This document shows positions 12,576 to 64,000 of a DNA stretch of 64,000 bases, piece after piece. Each line of letters begins with the position of its first letter. The first letter of the stretch is position 1. The DNA comes from Tubulanus polymorphus. Taxonomy: Eukaryota; Animalia; Nemertea. The stretch is from positions 22,590,210 to 22,654,209 of the forward strand of contig NC_134030.1 of the NCBI RefSeq assembly GCF_964204645.1, given 5' to 3'. The notes under the pieces are model-generated. The model saw only the letters and a program-made list of their open reading frames with translations, did not search any database and had not been told where the DNA came from. The position numbers and the translations under genes were made by a program.

Positions 12576-14503
12576 TACTCAAACAAGTCAAACGAGAGCC
12601 TGAGATCAACAACTCATCTAAAATCTGCCGATGAGAGAACAGCTCACATAACGGGCCAGTTTGAATTCAACTCATCAGCCAACAAACTTAGATGATCCAC
12701 GTTGATAATGAACCCAGCAATCAAAAAGGTAACTTGATGTACATGGACAAATTTTGATTCATTCTAAATGAAATCTTTTGTCATTACAGGATATCTTATG
12801 ATCATTGCAGCTAAATTTCAACTATACGAAAAAGCCCAGCTTGAGATCAACTCCTCGTCCAAAATCTACAAACTGGAACGGTGCACAGAAAAGGCCAGAA
12901 CTGAACCCAGCAATCTTTGAAGGTAAGTTGATATACATGTACATGGAATTACCGGTATATAGAAATTTCAAGCCTCATATGAATATCATTTAATAAGTGA
13001 CTATCATCAAAATCTATTTACCGGTCCAAATGGCTGATCTTTTATCTTTACTAGTCTTAAACAATGATGAACTAGTCCTATTACTGCAATTAATAATTGG
13101 GGTTTAAATCGGCAATTGACGTCAATGAATTTTACTTTGTGAAAAACACGGTGGCCTGTAATTTAAAATGACATGTAAGTTATGATAAATCTGTCTAAAA
13201 TGTTTTGCTTTCTTCACTTTGTTTCAGCCGAACTAACATCATCGAGAAGACACCCACAACGATTACTGATCGACCCATTTGCTGATGAAAATTGCAGAAG
13301 CCCAGGTGATAAGTTGAGGAGCCAGTGACGGATTAATCACTCAACGATGGATTCTTCTACAATCGGTGATTGATTTCTATAAAACATTTTATCAGGAGCA
13401 GCAGAGACAATAGTGTATCTTATAAACACTAATTCGCGCAGTAATGCTAATGGATTATCTTATAAACACTGATACAGGATAAACACTGTTTTAGAAGCAG
13501 CAAGGACAATAGTGTATCTTATAAATTGACGAGCAGTATTGATTTTTTTACCTATCACCCTTTTTCAAACCAGTCTGATTATAGTGTTTTCGAGGAAACT
13601 ATTAGATAATGTTTTATGCAATGTGAGAGTCTAATAAAAGCTTAGCTCCATTAATTCAAGATATTGATCTTCGATCCTTGGTCGATAGATAAGTCAAGTT
13701 AGGTTAGTGGCAAGGGGTAAATGTTGGCGTCGAGCGCCTAGTTTGGACTCGAAGGTCTGTTGAGTTAACTCCTAAACTGAGATATAGTTTCAACATCATA
13801 TTGTGAGTTTTATCATCATGCTTACCGTAGTTAAACATAGTCAACAGTGGCTATGCCCCTGTCTTGCTAGGCCCTAGATATCACATAGTTAGGAAACATA
13901 GAACATAACGTTAGACCTGTGTTGATGTACAAATATTTGAAATCGTAGATTTCGATTTTCACATTGACCTTTAAGCCTCCATCAATCTGTTTGATGATCA
14001 TAGCTATGTATTTGAAAACTATATCTGAAAGGAGACCATTATTACATTTGAGAGGTAAAGCTAGGAATAACAAGGCATAAAGTTATAGCTAGGACTAATT
14101 TTGAACGTTTTAACATTGTTTATAGCTGTTTGAACTTCTTTTATTGTAATTGGGAAATCCATATCACGAGATGGCTCTCGTGAATAATAAATTGGGTGTA
14201 TAATGATTATCAACGAGTGGCAGTGAATCAGTAGCGCTTTTTTTTAAATGGGCCCCAGGACTTTACAGTGAAAAAATGCCTGCAGTTGTAAATAGAGGAG
14301 TATAAATAATACATAACTACAAACTACAAGTACATGAATTAATTCTAAAAAATTAAAAAAACCAATAAATAATAAATAGAATAAACAACAATACAAACAT
14401 ACAACAAATTAATATTCTATTTACATGGAAAAGGCATTTTTTCAAATATTTATCAACAAGGTTCTTCATCGAACAACCTTCCCTAAGTATAGCGAAAACC
14501 CGA

Positions 14504-14650
14504 GATCTTTTCTGTTGTTATTCAAAGCATTCTATCAACTCAGTTATTGTAATGAACAAAACAAATAACCATAAACCTTAACTAAATCGAACACACTTAA
14601 AAAAATAACTGATATGATAGAATGCTTTGAATAACTGTGATGAAAGATCG
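14504..14650. mobile_element. small fold-back element / MITE-like inverted repeat
   Basis: GTTATTCAAAGCATTCTATCA near 14517 and its reverse complement TGATAGAATGCTTTGAATAAC near 14615, extended by CAGTTATT/AATAACTG. Confidence 0.55.
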
Positions 14651-15688
14651 ACCCGTCCTTTCAACTAGCTGCGCTCAATCACTGCTGCGACTGTTTATTG
14701 TTATACTGGGGTAGACTTACTATCTAAAATCTGGTGATAACATTTCACTTTTTTAAAACAATGTTAAACAGCTATAAACTTAAGTTATTGATGTTATTGA
14801 TTAGTTACTTATTTTATAATTATGTTGATCTTTTTCGAAGCTGGAAAAAAAATGTCAGAATACTTAGTATGTAATGTCCAGGTGTTAGGAAATCTTTAAG
14901 TCAGAGCAAAGTTGGCAAAATTCTAGTTTTCTAGTAATGATTAGTTGATACTTAGATTTCCAGAGTGAATCCGAGTTTCTCATCTCTAGTTATAATGCTA
15001 TTATGTTGGAGACTGTTATTGTAACACAGTTCGCATGTTTGGAAATTAGGATCTATCATGATGATTCCTCGGTTAAGATATTATTGTTGTGTGAATAAAA
15101 CGATGTGAACATTTTCATCATTCGTATTGAAACATTTTATTTTTAGTAGTTGACAATTCCACTGTGGTGCTTTTCAGAAGTATACTGATTTAATTAAGGG
15201 CCTGTCGAAAATAGCAGCAGTTTCTTGATAACTTGAGGATACAGTGCTTATTGGTCAATTGTCCTAGCTTGTTTTTTAATTATTGGTTTAACAACGTCTG
15301 TTTAGGTAGGGCCTGTAATATCTGGACTCGAAGAATTTCTGATCTTTGTATCGAGTTGTATTTATATCTACTATCAAGTTGAATAATATAATTAAGAAGT
15401 TACTGTAGCTTTGTCAGTCAAACCATTTTGTTTGAAGATACTCAATTTATCTTGAATTGTCACAAAGAAAAACCTTTATAATTATGCTATGTAATATCTC
15501 TTAACCCTCAATAATCAACCTGTCCTACATGAGCAGTGTGATTGTGACACATTCATCATTTGCATAGTGGGCAACTTTTTCACTGTGGTGCTTTTGAGTG
15601 GTTCATAAAATTTCTATTTTTATTAAGGTCCTTATGGAAAATAGAGGAGCAGTCTCTTGATAGATGAGGACATATGAAGTGTTAATTA

Positions 15689-16113
15689 CAGGCGCGGATC
15701 CAGGCCATTCAGTGAATACAGCACAGTGAAAAAAGGGCACCAACTTTGAAAAGGGCCAGCGTTTGAGTTTGAGTGCCATTTATTTGTATCATGCCACTAA
15801 ATTTGCCTTAAAATTCAATTTGCTTGTGCCTTTTTTAGATTTTTTAGCGAAATTTGCCCTTTTTCGATTAGATTTATAGAGCAACAATGTCTCTTTTAGA
15901 ATAGTGCCCTTTTGAGTAAAGGAAAATTGTCTTTATTGATTTTGGGCAATTTATTTTCATTCACATTTTGCTTTAGTCCTAGTACAGAAGGGCAATTATT
16001 GTGTGCCCTTTTATTTACTTTTTTTCCCGAAACAAAAATTTGTCAAGGGCATTTGAAAACTGCGACTACAGTACCGCACGTGCTGCATGTGCGATAGTCT
16101 GCATCCGCGCCTG
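15689..16113. mobile_element. non-autonomous DNA transposon (MITE) with CAGGCGCGGAT termini
   Basis: Starts CAGGCGCGGATCCAG and ends CTGCATCCGCGCCTG (15-bp imperfect TIR). Related decayed termini at ~19626-19905, 24277-24586 and 49068-49230. Confidence 0.7.
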
Positions 16114-16829
16114 GATTAGTAGATTGTGCTAGCTGTATTCAAATTGACAGGTGAACAATTTTATCTTGTTGATTGCATATAAGGGGATACCTCCAAAATA
16201 CTTAGCATTAAATGTAACATGTTAGAAAATAACCAATTTCTGAGCAAAGGTGGCGAAAATCTAGTTATCTTGTAAACTAAAGTTGATGAAAAAAAATCAA
16301 AGACTGTTTAGTTAATCACTTTCCAGTTTGAAATTGTGTTTTTCTCTGGTTTTAATTTTTTTATGTTGGGGACTTTTTTAAAAATAGACGTCATGTTTTT
16401 GTAAATGAGGCACTTCCTCAAGTACATAAATACCTGTCATTTAGGTATAATTGTTGTTGTGGGATTAAACGACATGTTCATGTCAATTGAACCATTACAT
16501 GGCGTATAAACTCTCGTTTATAGTTAATACGCCTATGGTGGTTGGACTAGTTGTTTTTGAAAGTCCACGTGTTTGAGGAGCTTACGTTATAATTCCTCGA
16601 GCACTCCTTGCATTTTCTATAATTGTTGTATGAGAATAAATATGATCGATTTTAAAAGTTGTCATTCGTTTAGTTTAGTTCAATATAGCAAATCCTGGAT
16701 TGAGGCCTATCGTTTAAGAAAAACTTATTTAATGAAGAAATTAAATCGATTTAAGAGTTAAACCTTTTTATGAAACTCTTTCTGTGTTTTATTCTTGCAA
16801 TCTACCTCTTTTTTTCAACCGAAAAAAAT

Positions 16830-17620
16830 AATCTCACCACCAACTGGTCTCCCGACAAGCTTAGAGGCGATTATTATCAACAGCACAAAAACCATACGTC
16901 CCGACACTGCACATTTACACTGGGCCCGTTGACGGTTGTTGACGCTTAACTCGCAACTGGCTTCTAAAGCAACTGGCAATGTCGTCTCAGGGCTTCCATA
17001 GCTACTGGTGTCGTACGTTTGTGAAGCTATCGTTTTGTGACGCCCTCTTGTGGAAACGCCATCTTGGATTTTTGTCGAATTACATCGGCTTATAACCGAA
17101 ACCCAGAACCGCGTCACACTCAGACAAATTCGAGTATCCTACACAACGATATAGTTCACAACGAATTCCGATATTCAGATTTTTATCGGACAAAACTATT
17201 CCTCAAATTACTTTTCTATTGAAATCTTATTATTTAAAGATAAATGGAGCGACATTTTGATGTAAATCTCGAAGATTGCATTTTGAAATAGATTATTCAA
17301 AAATTCCTTCGCGTTTCCAATAACTACACAATGAACGACGGTTAAAACATTTTTCAACGGTCAAAAATTTCCGAATCGGAATCAGTTTTCATCGCTTCTC
17401 TACTTCAATAACCATCGGTAAATATTCTTTCGAGTAGTTTCGAATCGTCGTTTTTAACGAGTAATTCGGTTGAATCGAAGCGCGATTCGCTTTTGAAGGT
17501 TGTGAAACCGTCGCGCGTGGATGAATGAATATGAATGAATGAATGAATGAATGAATGAATGAAGCGAAGGCGCCTGTTTGCCTCGCGTCGCTGCCTTTCA
17601 CAAATTGGGGTAATTCAGAT
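16830..17620. promoter_or_regulatory. CpG-rich candidate promoter / 5' region upstream of the dynein gene, with a YY1-like motif
   Basis: Locally high CpG content versus flanks; CGCCATCTT at 17057-17065; (TGAA)n at 17520-17562; lies 1-1.8 kb upstream of the ATG. Function is inferred only. Confidence 0.3.
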
Positions 17621-18165
17621 TTGTGGCGCTAGTTAAAGCTTATTGTTTGTGTATTTATTTGCCTTGAATCATGTTGAATGAATGACACTGATTTGAGTTG
17701 ACCCAGGTCCAGGATTCCAGCAGTAGTTGCGAAGAAACAATAAGTTGAAGGCCCATTATTTTGAACTTTTCAAGTTCGTCGTTGCGACTCGTTGAAGAAT
17801 GGAGTCAGCCGCAGAGCCTCAGTCGTAGCGTTCTCCACCAGAAAAGAAGCCTGTGTCACTTTGAAAAGGCTTTTGAAAAAAGTTATTTTAAAATCAACCT
17901 CTGTGAGAACGCCAACTTGTAACGTTTCAAAATTCCAGTATGTCCTTGCTAAAAAAAGTCAGGAAAAACATAATTTTTTCGAAGAAGAAAAAGATAAAAA
18001 ATAAATCCATCCAATCGACCCAAGTGGAATCAAGCCAGGAAAGCCCTTTTTGTCCGAACTATTCTGTGTAAAGAGAGCCACCAGAAACCCTACCAATGAC
18101 TGCACTTGCAGGCCCTCGCATTGCCAAATCTGCCCTTTTCAATTAAGAACCTTTTCCAACGTTCT

Positions 18166-18286
18166 GGGGCCAGTTGCTCAAAAGTTGGTTAAAGTTGGCC
18201 GTTAAATACCATAGTAACAATGAAATTTCAATTGTCCCCATATCAACTATCCACTGGTTAACTCTAACTTTTGAGCAACCGGCCCC
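18166..18286. mobile_element. Harbinger-like MITE (GGGGCCAGTTGCTCAAAAGTT ... AACTTTTGAGCAACCGGCCCC)
   Basis: About 21-bp terminal inverted repeat, with CTG/CAG at the boundaries. Confidence 0.7.
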
Positions 18287-18327
18287 AGGTCCGCACCCCT
18301 TCAAAGAATCCTAGATCTCCGCCCTTG

Positions 18328-18518
18328 CTATAGGCACAGGGGCTTCTATCAGAGTTGTAGGTTATTGAAAAAACGATTTATCTGTTAATGCAATGTCTAT
18401 AGTAGGCCTATATAACATAACAATAATAGTTATTTTATATCTACTATAGAAATTGGATTAACAGATAAATCGTTTTTTCAATAACCTACAACTCTGATAG
18501 AAGCCCCTTCGCCTATAG
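18328..18518. mobile_element. palindromic MITE / fold-back ~130 bp upstream of the dynein ATG
   Basis: AGGGGCTTCTATCAGAGTTGTAGGTTATTGAAAAAACGATTTATCTGTTAAT (from 18338) and its exact reverse complement ending at 18508. Confidence 0.8.
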
Positions 18519-18648
18519 GGCTCAAACAACTCGATCTCTTGTTTCAGCTTTAATATTTCCCTAAAACCCAGAATTTTGCTCGAGTTAATTATTGTTTTGG
18601 ATTCAAATTTAGATTTGTCTATCTTGTAGAAGTAGGTTGAGTTGAGAG

Positions 18649-64000
<45,352 letters not shown>

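Noticed and set aside
16497-16552. Hairpin followed by CTAG-T, resembling a Helitron 3' end
   Set aside because: The hairpin is longer and more AT-rich than typical, and no 5' end or second copy is visible.
17405-17425. RFX X-box expected for a ciliary gene (ATAACCATCGGTAAAT)
   Set aside because: Poor match to GTTRCCATGGYAAC; better half-sites (e.g. CCATAGTAAC at ~18209) lie inside MITEs.

Overview
Eukaryotic (invertebrate animal-type) genomic DNA with three parts. (1) 1-5037 is an apparently intact pogo-family (Tc1/mariner superfamily, DD35D) DNA transposon. Its transposase splices from 14 exons into an open ~702-aa frame, and the left TIR is cut by the window edge. (2) ~5755-12575 is an AT-rich ~119-bp satellite array followed by decayed repeats and MITEs. 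(3) 18649 to the window end is an axonemal outer-arm dynein heavy chain gene (DNAH8/DNAH5 type, + strand, 67 coding exons read by eye, truncated in AAA5). Its introns are crowded with Harbinger-like MITEs and minisatellites. The most notable signals are two. First, minimal type I hammerhead ribozymes: a 167-bp tandem array with six motifs at 50.2-51.06 kb (retrozyme/Penelope-like, minus strand), and a canonical GUC-cleaving motif on the sense strand inside a ~250-bp fold-back with a probable 14-bp target-site duplication at 62.2-62.5 kb. Second, tandem duplications centred on the dynein gene's own splice junctions: 30 copies of one donor, and 10 copies of one acceptor in which 7 of the 9 decoys have lost exactly the AG. 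All coordinates and gene models were read manually; no searches or folding programs were run.
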